Part shown: positions 12,183 through 22,695 of the stretch, in pieces
Layout: every line of letters starts with the position of its first letter
How positions within the stretch are numbered: the first letter of the stretch is position 1
Source of the DNA: Octopus bimaculoides
Taxonomy: Eukaryota
Assembly (NCBI RefSeq): GCF_001194135.2
Contig: NC_069004.1
Span: 9,839,311 to 9,872,697 of the forward strand
Direction: 5' to 3'
Length of the DNA stretch: 33,387 nt
The notes under the pieces: model-generated
The model's input: the letters and a program-made list of their open reading frames with translations, nothing else
Databases searched by the model: none
What the model was told of the DNA's origin: nothing
Made by a program: the position numbers and the translations under genes

Positions 12183-12401
12183 CCTTTTTGATACCAACTC
12201 ACCTGAAAACTGCCTCCAACTCTGAAGTACAAATGTCTTGTTTTCAAAAGTTCTCGTTTAAAATCTTCCACCAAACTATCGTCATAATTTATGTTCCTAA
12301 AACCAGCTTAATGATAACTAATTTTACTAAATTCTTTGCTATATTTAAAATTAATTGAAAGAAACACTGAGCATCTCAACAGAAATATGGTAACAAAAAG
12401 G
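12183..12401. mobile_element. piggyBac-like (TTAA-flanked) MITE
   Basis: ttaa|CCTTTTTGATACC ... GGTAACAAAAAGG|ctaa. Related fragments lie at about 11790-11930 (inverted) and 28385-28475. Confidence 0.6.
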
Positions 12402-12442
12402 CTAACATATTTTACATGATTTCCATATATAGATATATATAC

Positions 12443-12488
<46 letters not shown>

Positions 12489-13224
12489 GGATGTTTTCAC
12501 TTTCATCGGCAGATCGAGAATTAATTTATTGTAACTAAACACTTTCAAACTTCGGACACTGGTAGAATGTGTCATATAAAACATCTTTTACTCTTAGCAT
12601 TATTGAGAAAAGTTTCTATTTATGAAGTTATTTCATGTTAAAGTTGCCGTATTTCGGTAATTTCAACCCATCAATGATGTGTATTCAGCTGAATAAAATT
12701 ACTGCTGTTGTTTGTCAACAACTTCTGGCAGTCTATATTTCATTTGTCACTGTTATTTATGACATATTTCATCTCAGTTACATTCGTATGAATAAACAAG
12801 TGTATCTGAAGCACGTTTACTTCATGACACCACCATAATCGTTTGTGCATTTCTCCTGCTTTTTAAGAGGGGGGGTCCTGTTTTTCAGCTACTATTTTCA
12901 GATAAACCTCTCACCACAATTTTTTTTTCGAAAATTATTGTTTTTCTTAAATTTTTTTTTTTTTCCCAAAAACCCAGCTTTTCAGATACGGAGATTCTGG
13001 AAAATTGCCAAAAATCGGAATTTTGAAATTTTTTGGCCCCCTTACCCCACCCCCTCCAATTTCTTCATTTTTTTCACTTTTTTCCTTAACCTTAACCCTA
13101 AATCCTTAACTCTAACACCCTAACCCTAAAACTAAAACCAGTACAAACACACGAACGATGTCATAAATATTAGTGACAAATGAAATATACACCACCGATA
13201 GTTGTTGTTGACAAACAACAGCAG
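12489..13224. mobile_element. Unclassified DNA repeat with ~65-bp inverted repeats and a degenerate (CCCTAA)n tract
   Basis: Inverted repeats at 12702-12765 and 13158-13224, telomere-like tract at about 13085-13139. No TSD seen. Confidence 0.55.
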
Positions 13225-13547
13225 ATACCCTTCCTAATGCCAACCACTTCACAAAGTGTACTAGGTGCTTTTTCAAGTCACTGGCACAAGTAAATAACTT
13301 GCAAGACAAGACTCCTTGATCGAAGGATGTGGTTTATGCTAGGTGTTGTGGAATAAGAGTATGATAGAGGAACAGGATCAGGTGTCTTGCTGTAAAGGAG
13401 ATACATAGCTACCCCAACTAGAAAAGTTGAGAGATAGTTGACATAACACTATTTCCTTTCTTTTGTATAGATATCAATACACTGGGTTATGATGTATTTC
13501 TCAGCATTGATTTATGGATTTATATTGAAGAGTAGAGATAGATTGAA

Positions 13548-13767
13548 TTGAGCGTGGCCGTTGCCATTATCGCCTGACTGGCCTTTGTGACGGTGGCACG
13601 TAAAAGCACCCACTACACTCTCTGAGTGGTTGGCGTTAGGAAGGGCATCCAGCTGTAGAAACTCTGCCAAATCAGATTGGAGCCTGATGTAGCCATCTGG
13701 TTTCACCAGTCCTCAGTCAAATCGTCCAACCCATGCTAGCATAGAAAGCGGACATTAAACGACGATG
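13548..13767 (+). mobile_element. Family C RTE 3' end
   Basis: Collinear with 10250-10494. Confidence 0.85.
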
Positions 13768-13803
13768 TATTATTACATAGATTTATATCAGAAAATAACT
13801 CAC

Positions 13804-13909
13804 CAATGCTATAAAATTTTTTCAGTTTCCTGTCATCATTGAACCCAATATTAACCAACTTTTTCAAAGAATGGCGTGCTACACCATATTGTCCAGCTTC
13901 GAAGCATAT
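13804..13909 (-). CDS. TONSL: Internal coding exon, TONSL-like (ICFEAGQYGVARHSLKKLVNIGFNDDRKLKKFYSI)
   Basis: 106 bp. Acceptor cttttccag, donor gtgagtt, starts phase 0 and ends phase 1. Resembles human [22 protein letters not shown]. Confidence 0.82.
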
Positions 13910-14029
13910 CTGGAAAAGCAATGTGAGAGAAACCAAAAATAGGGCTTAGATTAGCAAAACATAAGTATGGACATAAAAGGAAGTGTAGTTGTTTAAATAA
14001 ACATAGTCACCAGTAAGTATAGTCTTGAG

Positions 14030-14272
14030 TCCTAGGACTCGTAGGGCTGGTTGCCTAGATTCCATGGCATATAAGTAACCAAGATCATAATGTTCCCCCT
14101 GAACAGGACACCAATCCATTGCAGTGTTACCCATTTATAACTGAATGAACTGGAGCAATGGGAAATGAAAGGCTTTGTTCAAGAACACAATGCACCACCC
14201 AGTCTAGGAACTGAAACCATGATCTTGCAATCACGAGTGCAACACTTTAGCTACTAGGCCGCATGACTTCAC
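14030..14272 (-). mobile_element. tRNA-head CORE SINE with a V-domain-like 3' part
   Basis: Minus strand GGTAACACTGCAATGGATTGGTGTCCTGTTCAGGGGG resembles the V-SINE domain GCGATGGACTGGCGTCCTGTCCAGGG (from memory). Confidence 0.6.
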
Positions 14273-14581
14273 AGTTATAAGAAGGAAAGGAAAAGAAATA
14301 AAAAATATTCAATATTCATGGCTACATTTCACCTACAACACTGGGACTCTCTTCCAAGACATGGAATTCTCTCTTCTCTTTCAACTACAGTATTTGATAG
14401 CATAAAAGACTCATGAACATAGATGCACCCCAATTTCAGCATGTAACATTGGCCAAACTACACATATAGGACTTAGGGTAATTTTTTGAGATATTTTTTA
14501 AGGAAACTATGCATCTTATATGGCCATCAAACACAGCAGATCATGTGGAACTCTTTCTTCTCTTTTGGATACATTTCAATT

Positions 14582-14970
14582 GTTGTTCTTGGCACTCCGT
14601 CGCTTACAACGTCGAGGGTTCCAGTTGATCCGATCAACGGAACAGCCTCCTTGTGAAATTAACGTGCAAGTGGCTGAGCACTCCACAGACACGTGTACCC
14701 TAAACGTAGTTCTAGGGGAGATTCAGCGTGACACAGAGTGTTACAAGGCTAACCCTTTGAATTACAGGCACAACAGAAATAGGAAGTAAGAGTGAGAGAA
14801 AGTTGTGGTGGAAGAGTACAGCAGGGTTCGCCACCATCTCCTGCCGGAGCCTCGTGGAGCTTTAGGTGTTTTCGCTCAATAAACACTCACAACGCCCGGT
14901 CTGGGAATCGAAACTGCGATCCTATGACCGCGAGTCTGCTGCCCTAACCACTGGGCCATTGCGCCTCCAC
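14582..14970 (-). mobile_element. Full-length SINE family A (resembles octopus tRNA-Arg-related OR-type SINEs)
   Basis: A/B boxes, (AAC)n-like tail, and a perfect 11-bp TSD acatttcaatt (14571-14581 / 14971-14981). Confidence 0.93.
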
Positions 14971-15516
14971 ACATTTCAATTAGAACATACAGAACTCTCT
15001 CTTCACTCCCTTATGGTAATTACAACTATTTAAAGACTCACATTATTTCATCTTACATTAGTTATCACTGATAGCAGAACTTAAATAGTTTTATTTATTC
15101 TAGATTTACTTTGTCCAAAATATAACACCAGTTATCATTAAAGATAAAGGACCATTGTTAAATTAGATTTTCTAGAGTGAAGTGAATTAAAAATTACTAA
15201 ATCTGTATCCTGTTGTATAGGATACCAGTCATTAACTAAGGACTAATCAGCAGTGTTAAACTGGGTGATACATATATTTATGTATGTATGTCTGTGTGAG
15301 TGTATCTTTGTGTCTTAAGAGTTGTAAAAAGGTTGTCATTGTCATAGAAGTATTGTCATTCATTTCCCGTATTCTACGAAGAGCCAGAGTGCTGATGACC
15401 AGACTCTGTGGCAACGCTTTGGGTTAGGTCTCCAGTCTAATGACAACATCCTCCCAACTTTACATCAATCACAGACATCATGAAGAGAATTAAGGAAGCT
15501 GATCCTCCATTGACTT

Positions 15517-15912
15517 CGTCGTTTCGTTTAACGTCCGCTTTCCATGCTAGCATGGGTTGGACGATTTGACTGAGGACTGGTGAAACCAGATGGCTACACC
15601 AGGCTCCAATCTGATTTGGCAGAGTTTCTACAGCCGGATGCCCTTCCTAATGCCAACCACTCAGAGTGTAGTGGGTGCTTTTACGTGCCACCGGCACGAA
15701 GGCCAGTCAGGCGGTACTGGCAACGGCCATGCTAAAAATGGTGTATTTTAAGTGCCACCCGCACAAGAGCCAGTCCAGGGGCACTGGCAACGATTTCGCT
15801 CGAAAATCCTTACACATGTCATGGGCACAAGTGCCAGAAAGGCAACGCTGGGCACAGGTGCTATCCCGATTTCGCTTTCACTTGCCCCAATAAGTCTTCG
15901 CAAGCTGAGCTT
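15517..15912 (-). mobile_element. Family C RTE 3' end
   Basis: Reverse complement of the 10250 and 13548 copies, extending further 5'. Confidence 0.85.
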
Positions 15913-16227
15913 CGTGTAAAAAAAGTCAGTTAAAGTAATATTAACAGATGGTCTAAAATAAACATCTATTTCAGCTTGTCCACTATCCTATCTGCTTTGA
16001 CAATCAAGATCTAAGATCTCTAAAATTAGGCCATTCAGGCTAAACATCATAATTTGCTTCTTTTTTTTTTATATCTATATATTTTCTGCAATATAAGCAC
16101 AAGCATGGCTGTGTAAATAAGATGTTCGTTTCACAACTATACGGTCACAGGTTTGGCCTGATTGACTATATCCTGAGACTAACCAACATCTTGAGTAAAA
16201 TTGAGAAACAGAAACTGCAGAAGTTTA

Positions 16228-16525
16228 AATACATACATAATATATAAATTTACACACACACACACACACACACATACATCCATATATACATACATCCACC
16301 CATCCATAAATAATATATAAATTTACACACACACACACACACATACATCCATACATACATACATCCATACATAATATATAAATTTACACATACACACACA
16401 CACACATACACATACATAATATATAAATTTACACACACACACACATACATACATCCATCCACACATCCATACATAATATATAAATTTACACACACACACA
16501 CGCATACATACATACTTACATACAT
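16228..16525. repeat. Compound microsatellite with a higher-order unit
   Basis: Five copies of ATAATATATAAATTTACACA separated by variable (CA)n/(CATA)n/CATC. Confidence 0.9.
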
Positions 16526-17454
16526 ACATCGACATCGTTGTTTAACATCCGCTTTCCATGCTGGCATGGGTTGGACAGTGTGACAGGGAACCGGCTAGCA
16601 AAGAGCTGTCCAGACAACAGTTGTCTGTTGTGGAATGGATTTTATGGCTGTGTAACCTTCCCAACACCAACCACTTAACAGAGTGTATTGCTTGCATGGG
16701 TCAGACAGAATATAATGAGTCAAATTTTCTATAGCATGACGCCTTTCCTGTTGCCAAACCTCACTGAGTAAGGTAAAGTAATATTCCCCATGACCACAGA
16801 CAATTGGGAATGAAAGACACTACTTGCTTCACAGAGATACTTGTTTACAACTAGCGCATGAAGTCAAGAAGCGAAGATAACACACAGATACACATATCGT
16901 CGTCGTTTAACGTCCGCTTTCCATGCTAGCATGGGTTGGACGATTTGACTGAGGACTGGTGAAACCAGATGGCTACACCAGGCTCCAATCTGATTTGGCA
17001 GAGTTTCTACAGCTATGTAATGTATATACACAGGCACAGGCACAGGCATAGCTGTGTGATACGAAGCTAGCTTCCCAACCACATACTTCCAGGTTCAGTC
17101 CCATTGCGTAACACCTTCGTCAAGTGACTACTACTGTAGCCTCAAGCCGATCAAAGTTTTGTAAGTGAATTTGGTAGATGGAAACTGAAAGAAGCCTGCC
17201 ATATATATATACAAGACAGGCTTCTTTCAGTTTCTGCCTACTAAATCCACTCGCAAGGTTTTGGCTAGAGAAGTAAATGTTTGTCTCTAATCCTTTCGCT
17301 CGAGTCCATAATAGGCTGTACACCCCTGTCTGAATGGTGCCACGCCCTGCTGACATAATAGCAAAGGCATTGCCACAGAGAATGACAACAACTCTACCAC
17401 TTGAGAGCCACATTTCTGAGATGGGCTGCCGAGCAGGTATATTAACCAAATATA

Positions 17455-17599
17455 CTGTATTGTGGATTCATTCTAGCTGATCTTATCAATTGGTTTCACA
17501 CTGGATATTACTTAACAGTGCTGTTATAGAATATCCAGTTATTTTATATCTAATGTGAAACTGATTGGTAAGATCAGCTGAAATGGATCTATAATACTG
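17455..17599. mobile_element. Near-palindromic TA-flanked MITE, 145 bp
   Basis: Arms of about 45-55 bp: CTGTATTGTGGATTCATTCTAGCTGATCTTATCAATTGGTTTCACA and TGTGAAACTGATTGGTAAGATCAGCTGAAATGGATCTATAATACTG. TA on both flanks. Confidence 0.75.
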
Positions 17600-17633
17600 T
17601 ATACTTTAATTAATAATGTGTATGTGTATGTTA

Positions 17634-18013
17634 GTGGAGGCACAATGGCCCAGTGGTTAGGGCAGCGGGTCGCGGTCATAGGATCGCGGTTTCGATTCCC
17701 AGACCGGGCGTTGTGAGTGCTTATTGAGCGAAAACATCTAAAGCTCCATGAGGCTCCGGCAGGGGATGGTGGCTAACCCTGCTGTACTCTTCCACCACAA
17801 CTTTCTCTCACTCTTTCTTCCTGTTTCTGTTCTACCTGTATTTCAAAGGGTCAGCCTTGTACACTGTGTCACGCTGAATCTCCCTGAGAACTACATTAAG
17901 AGTACATGTGTCTGAGGAGTGCTCAGCCACTTGCACGTTAATTTCACGAGTAGGCTGTTCCATTGATCGGATCGACTGGAACCCTCGACGTCGTAAGCGA
18001 CGGCGTGCCAACA
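17634..18013 (+). mobile_element. Full-length SINE family A
   Basis: Same consensus, with a perfect 12-bp TSD atgtgtatgtta (17622-17633 / 18014-18025). Confidence 0.93.
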
Positions 18014-18837
18014 ATGTGTATGTTACTATCTCTTTTCCCCCGACATCTCATGATGGTCGTAAGGTGGTCATACAAGTAGTGTCCTTCGCTTCCAATCTTT
18101 TATATGTCTGGTCATGGGAAATATTACTTTACAGGAAACAAATGAGGATTGCAAACAGAAAGGGCATGCAACTGTGGAAAGATTTATCTCAACAAATTCC
18201 ATCCGATCCATGCAAGCATGAAAAGCGGACATTAAATGACAATGATGTAATATTTCTTAATTAGGGGAATATCACAAGGTAAAATATAAATGATTAATTT
18301 GCACATGATCTATCACTAAATATTCCTCTACTTCTCCTACATAATTGATCAATTTGTTCTAACATAATTCTTAATGCTTATTAATTTGTTCTAATTAAGT
18401 TATAATGTGCATTCTATTCAATACAGGAAAAACATATAGATGGTAGGAGAAGCAAATTATCTGAAGTTGCCAAATTCCACAACTCTGAGCTCAATCTTGT
18501 CATATGACAGGAAATAAAATTTTGTTCCTCTATATTATTCCATTCAATACCTTATAAAGAAAATTAACAATGTAATTTAATTGTATTATTTGTATGTAAC
18601 TGTATGGACGAAAGAGCAGGTGTAGCTGTGTGGTTCCAGGTTCAATCCCACAGCACAGTATACACATCTGACAAGCTTCTTTTTCCATCTGATCTGAAGC
18701 TTTAGCAGAAGACAATAATAGCCCAAGATACCACTTGTTATCTAAAGCCTTAGATGAACCTAGGTAAAGAAGGCAAGTCATTGAAGTGGTAGGAATGGCG
18801 CTGAGAGGACTTTGATAAACTTAACTGAGTAGGTTAA

Positions 18838-19079
18838 TCATCATCATCATCATCATCGTTTAACGTCCACTTTCCATGCTAGCATGGGTTGGACGACTTG
18901 ACTGAGGACTGGTGAAACCGGATGGCAACACCAGGCTCCAATCTAAATTTGGCAGAGTTTCTACAGCTGGATGCCCTTCCTAACGCCAACCACTCAGAGA
19001 GTGTAGTAGGTGCTTTTACGTGTCACCTGCACGAAGGCCAGTCAGGCGATACTGGCAACGGCCACGCTCAAAATGGTGT
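18838..19079 (-). mobile_element. Family C RTE 3' end (runs into a gap)
   Basis: (CAT)n followed by CGTTTAACGTCCACTTTCCATGCTAGCATGG on the plus strand. Confidence 0.85.
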
Positions 19080-19300
19080 NNNNNNNNNNNNNNNNNNNNN
19101 NNNNNNNNNNNNNNNNNNNNNNNNNNNNNNNNNNNNNNNNNNNNNNNNNNNNNNNNNNNNNNNNNNNNNNNNNNNNNNNNNNNNNNNNNNNNNNNNNNNN
19201 NNNNNNNNNNNNNNNNNNNNNNNNNNNNNNNNNNNNNNNNNNNNNNNNNNNNNNNNNNNNNNNNNNNNNNNNNNNNNNNNNNNNNNNNNNNNNNNNNNAT

Positions 19301-19701
19301 TACTCTCTTACTTGTTTCAGTCATTTGACTGTGGCCATGCTGGAGCACCGCCTTTAGTCGAGAGCAAATCGACCCCAGGACTTATTCTTTGGAAGCCTAG
19401 TACTTATTCTATTGGTCTCTTTTGCTAAACTGCTAAGTTACAGGGACGTAAACACACCAGCATCGGTTGTCAAGCAATGTTGGTGGGGACAAACACAAAC
19501 ATATATACACACACACATATATATATATATACATATTTACGATGGGCTTCTTTCAGTTTCCGTCTACCAAATCCACTCACAAGGCTTTGGTCAGCCCGAG
19601 GCTATAGTAGAAGACACTTGCCCAAGGTGCCACGCAGTGGGACTGAACCCAGAACCATGTGGTTGGTAAGCAAGCTACTTACCACACAGCCACTCCTACG
19701 C
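19301..19701 (-). mobile_element. SINE family B
   Basis: Same architecture with a shorter internal microsatellite. Confidence 0.9.
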
Positions 19702-19999
19702 TAGTCAATTTATCATCATCATCATCTTCATCATTTAGTGTCCATTTTCCATGCTGGCATGGGTCAGACAGTTTGAATGACACTGGTAAGCTGGAGAGCT
19801 GTACCAGGGTCTAGTCTGATTTGGCTTGGTTTCTACATCTGGATGTCCTTCCTAATGCCAACTGGTTAAATGGTTAACCAATTGATGAATAAAAAAAGAT
19901 ACAAAATAGAACCAGCGTGTTTATGTGTGTTTACAATTGACACAATGATCCTTCTAAGACACACTACAACCACCACTCCATTGGTTATGATGATGTGTG

Positions 20000-20290
20000 T
20001 GTCCCAGTTGATCCAATCAACAGAACAGCTTGCTTGTGAAATTAACCTAGAACAGGCTGCAAACTTCACAGACATGTGTAACGTTAATGTTGTTATCAGG
20101 GAGATTCAGAATGATAAATAATGTGACATGGTTGGCCCTTTGAAATACAGGTACCACTACTCATTTTTGACAGCTGAGTGAAGTAGAGCAACATGAAATA
20201 AAATATCTTGCTCAAAGACACAACATGCCGCCAGATATTGAACTTATCACCTTACAATCATGAGCCAAGTACCTTAACCACTAAGCCACA
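20000..20290 (-). mobile_element. Decayed SINE: tRNA head, CORE, and family-A 3' tail
   Basis: 20000-20155 aligns to the A tail (CCAGTTGATCC...CCCTTTGAAATACAGG). 20160-20290 aligns to the head/CORE of 14030-14272. Confidence 0.7.
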
Positions 20291-21373
20291 GGTTTTTCAC
20301 TCTATGTAAATCATGGAGACAGCTCAAGTCACCCTATTCCACACTCTAGTCAGTCACAGAGTTTTATTGTAGAATTCATTCCTCTACCCAGACAATATAG
20401 GCAGCTCAACAGGTTAAGATTACTTCTGACATGTTTCATAGGAACTAACTCACTCCCTTCCTTTAATCGTAGAATGCTGTGGTATTTCACCTGTAATGAA
20501 CGCAACCTATGAAACCTAGAGTCATACACAGCAAATGACGTTTGTCGAAGAAAACAGCAACTTAGTGAATGTGAAACAAAAAAATGAAACAAATGATTGA
20601 TTGATTGATTAATCAAATGTTTAATGAAACAATCGATTAGTTAATTGGTTAAATAGTTAACCAATTGAGAAATAAATAATAAAGAAGTGGAAACAATTAG
20701 TGTGTTTATATAATTGGTATAATGACCCTCCTAAGATACAACAAAACTAATTCATGCAAAGAAGAGAAAGAAAACTCTTAATTTTTTTCTGCAGATAAGA
20801 TTCTCAGATAAGCAATCAGTACACTCTGTGGAGTGGTTGGCATTACGAAGGGTATCTAGTCATAGAAACCATGCCAAAACAGACAATGGAGCCTGGTGCA
20901 GCCCCCAGTCTTACCAACTCCAGTCAAACCATCCAGCCCATGCCAGCATGGAAAACAGATATAAATGATGATGATGATGACGATGAACAGAGATGCGGAC
21001 TGTACAAATTGCAATGCAGCTAAGTTAGACGAACAGTAACTGTGAATCAAGGTACAGGAAGAAAGGTCTTTTCAAGCCAAGGTGCATGATAAATAAAATA
21101 CACTTGGTCTATGCTGTAAAGTGGTTGGTGATGTGAACAGCATCTAATCATAAAACCATGACATATGCAGCAACACAGAACAATAATGTTTTTTTGTTTT
21201 TGTGTGTGAGTGTTGCGGTTTATGCCAGGTGATTAAGGACCATGTTAGGAGGAAGGCGGATGAGATACTTACCCAAGCTAAATAAGTATGGAAGAAAATA
21301 GATGACATGGTGGTGGTGGTGATGATGATGATGATGATGATGATGACGACGAATCCGCTGAAAAATAGCTTAC

Positions 21374-21548
21374 CTGGAATTTCAAGAGGTAACTGTCAGT
21401 TAACAGTTGTTTATTATCTTTCATCTTTAGTGTCGATTTTATAGCAGATTCTATGTGTTGTAGAGCAACGGAAGAACTCCCAACCAAATTGTAATGGTCG
21501 GCCAACAGGAACTGACACCGAAACAATTCTTCATCCAAACCATTTGTT
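21374..21548 (-). CDS. TONSL: Internal coding exon, Tonsoku-like protein TPR region (TNGLDEELFRCQFLLADHYNLVGSSSVALQHIESAIKSTLKMKDNKQLLTDSYLLKFQ)
   Basis: 175 bp. Acceptor tctcacttgcag, donor gtaagct, open frame (1 nt + 58 codons, ends phase 0). Resembles remembered human TONSL NHLYEDLFRARYNLG...ECCVVIAQ and joins the next exon in frame. Confidence 0.8.
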
Positions 21549-21680
21549 CTGCAAGTGAGAGAGAGAGAGAGAGAGAGAGTGACAAAAAGAGGAAAAATTA
21601 AATTCCTATGACCCTTAGTTACTCCCATGACAGACATGCTGTCACTAACAACAAGCAAGGGTCTCACTCTCAGTCTACAT

Positions 21681-21957
21681 CAGGGGTTTTCAAACTGGGG
21701 TCCGCAAGGACAAGACAGGGGTTCCGTGGACAGCAAATACTTTTTATGGGCAATTTGATTTTATATGTTTTTTAATCGAAATCTTTTAATTGACAATAAA
21801 CCTATTTGTTAAATACTGTTAAATAAACAAATGTAAAAATATATGTTATTTTAAGCAAATATTTATGTATAAATTTCATAAGCGTTTATAAGGGGGTCTG
21901 TAAGGTAAAGTCTGAAATATAAAGGGGTCCACAAGTCAAAAAGTTTGAAAACCCCTG
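21681..21957. mobile_element. hAT (Charlie-like) MITE, 277 bp
   Basis: TIR CAGGGGTTTTCAAACT and a perfect 8-bp TSD gtctacat (21673-21680 / 21958-21965). Confidence 0.93.
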
Positions 21958-22297
21958 GTCTACATTACTCATGTTCATTGTGATTACCTCTAGATATTTA
22001 TAATCTTCAACCAATGAGAAACACTATGGGGTCACTCATTATCAAACCACAAACTGCCATCTTAAAAGAAGAAGGCCACATTTGATAAGTTCGTCTTGGG
22101 TTCAGCAAACCATGGAATAAAAAGATAGGACGGTCAGAGCTGGATCCTTGATCATAGATCTACTTTTGCTGGACATAATGTGGCTTAAGATAAAATCTTG
22201 AAACGATGGAGTGGTCACTGCAGATATGATTTTAACCATAAGTCTGCCCAGGCAGTGCTGACCTGGGGTGAAACAACAACAGCAAATTTCCTCATAG

Positions 22298-22695
22298 TCA
22301 TCATCATATAATGTCCACTTTTTCATACTTAGACAGAATTTGTTGAGGCAGATTTTCTACAGCTGGATGCCCTTCCCATCACCAACTCTCACCTGTTTTC
22401 ACGCAAAGTAACATTTGCCTGTATTTAGACATGTTTTTCATGTAAGACTGGAAACAAACCACATTGCTTGCATGATGAGGCTCACAGCCAGCACATCATG
22501 ATAAATCAAGAGTACATTACACACATGCATATGATGGGTTTCTTTCAGTTTCTGTCTGCTAAATCCACTCACAAGGCTTTAGTTGGCCCAGGGCTGTAGT
22601 AGAACACACTTGCCCAAGGTGGCATCCAGTGGGACTGAACCTGAGACAACATAGTTGAGAAGCAAACTTCTTAAGCACATAGTCATACCGGCACC
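22298..22695 (-). mobile_element. SINE with the family-B head/CORE but a different body (C2) and an RTE-like (GAT)n tail
   Basis: 22695-22530 aligns to the B head. 22520-22298 aligns to the C2 bodies at 9980-10228, 11385-11650 and 18026-18247. Confidence 0.75.

Noticed and set aside
15394-15420. CTGATGA hammerhead-like core
   Set aside because: It is not followed by a closed stem II and GAAA.
16228-16525. CRISPR-like repeat-spacer appearance of the compound arrays
   Set aside because: The spacers are simple-sequence, the context is eukaryotic, and there are no cas genes.
17636-17715. tRNA-like heads with A/B boxes in the SINE copies
   Set aside because: They continue into SINE bodies with TSDs and lack a complete cloverleaf, so they are not tRNA genes.
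20350-20616. 88-aa minus-strand ORF in unique sequence
   Set aside because: No recognisable homology, and the flanking TONSL exons already join in frame without it.
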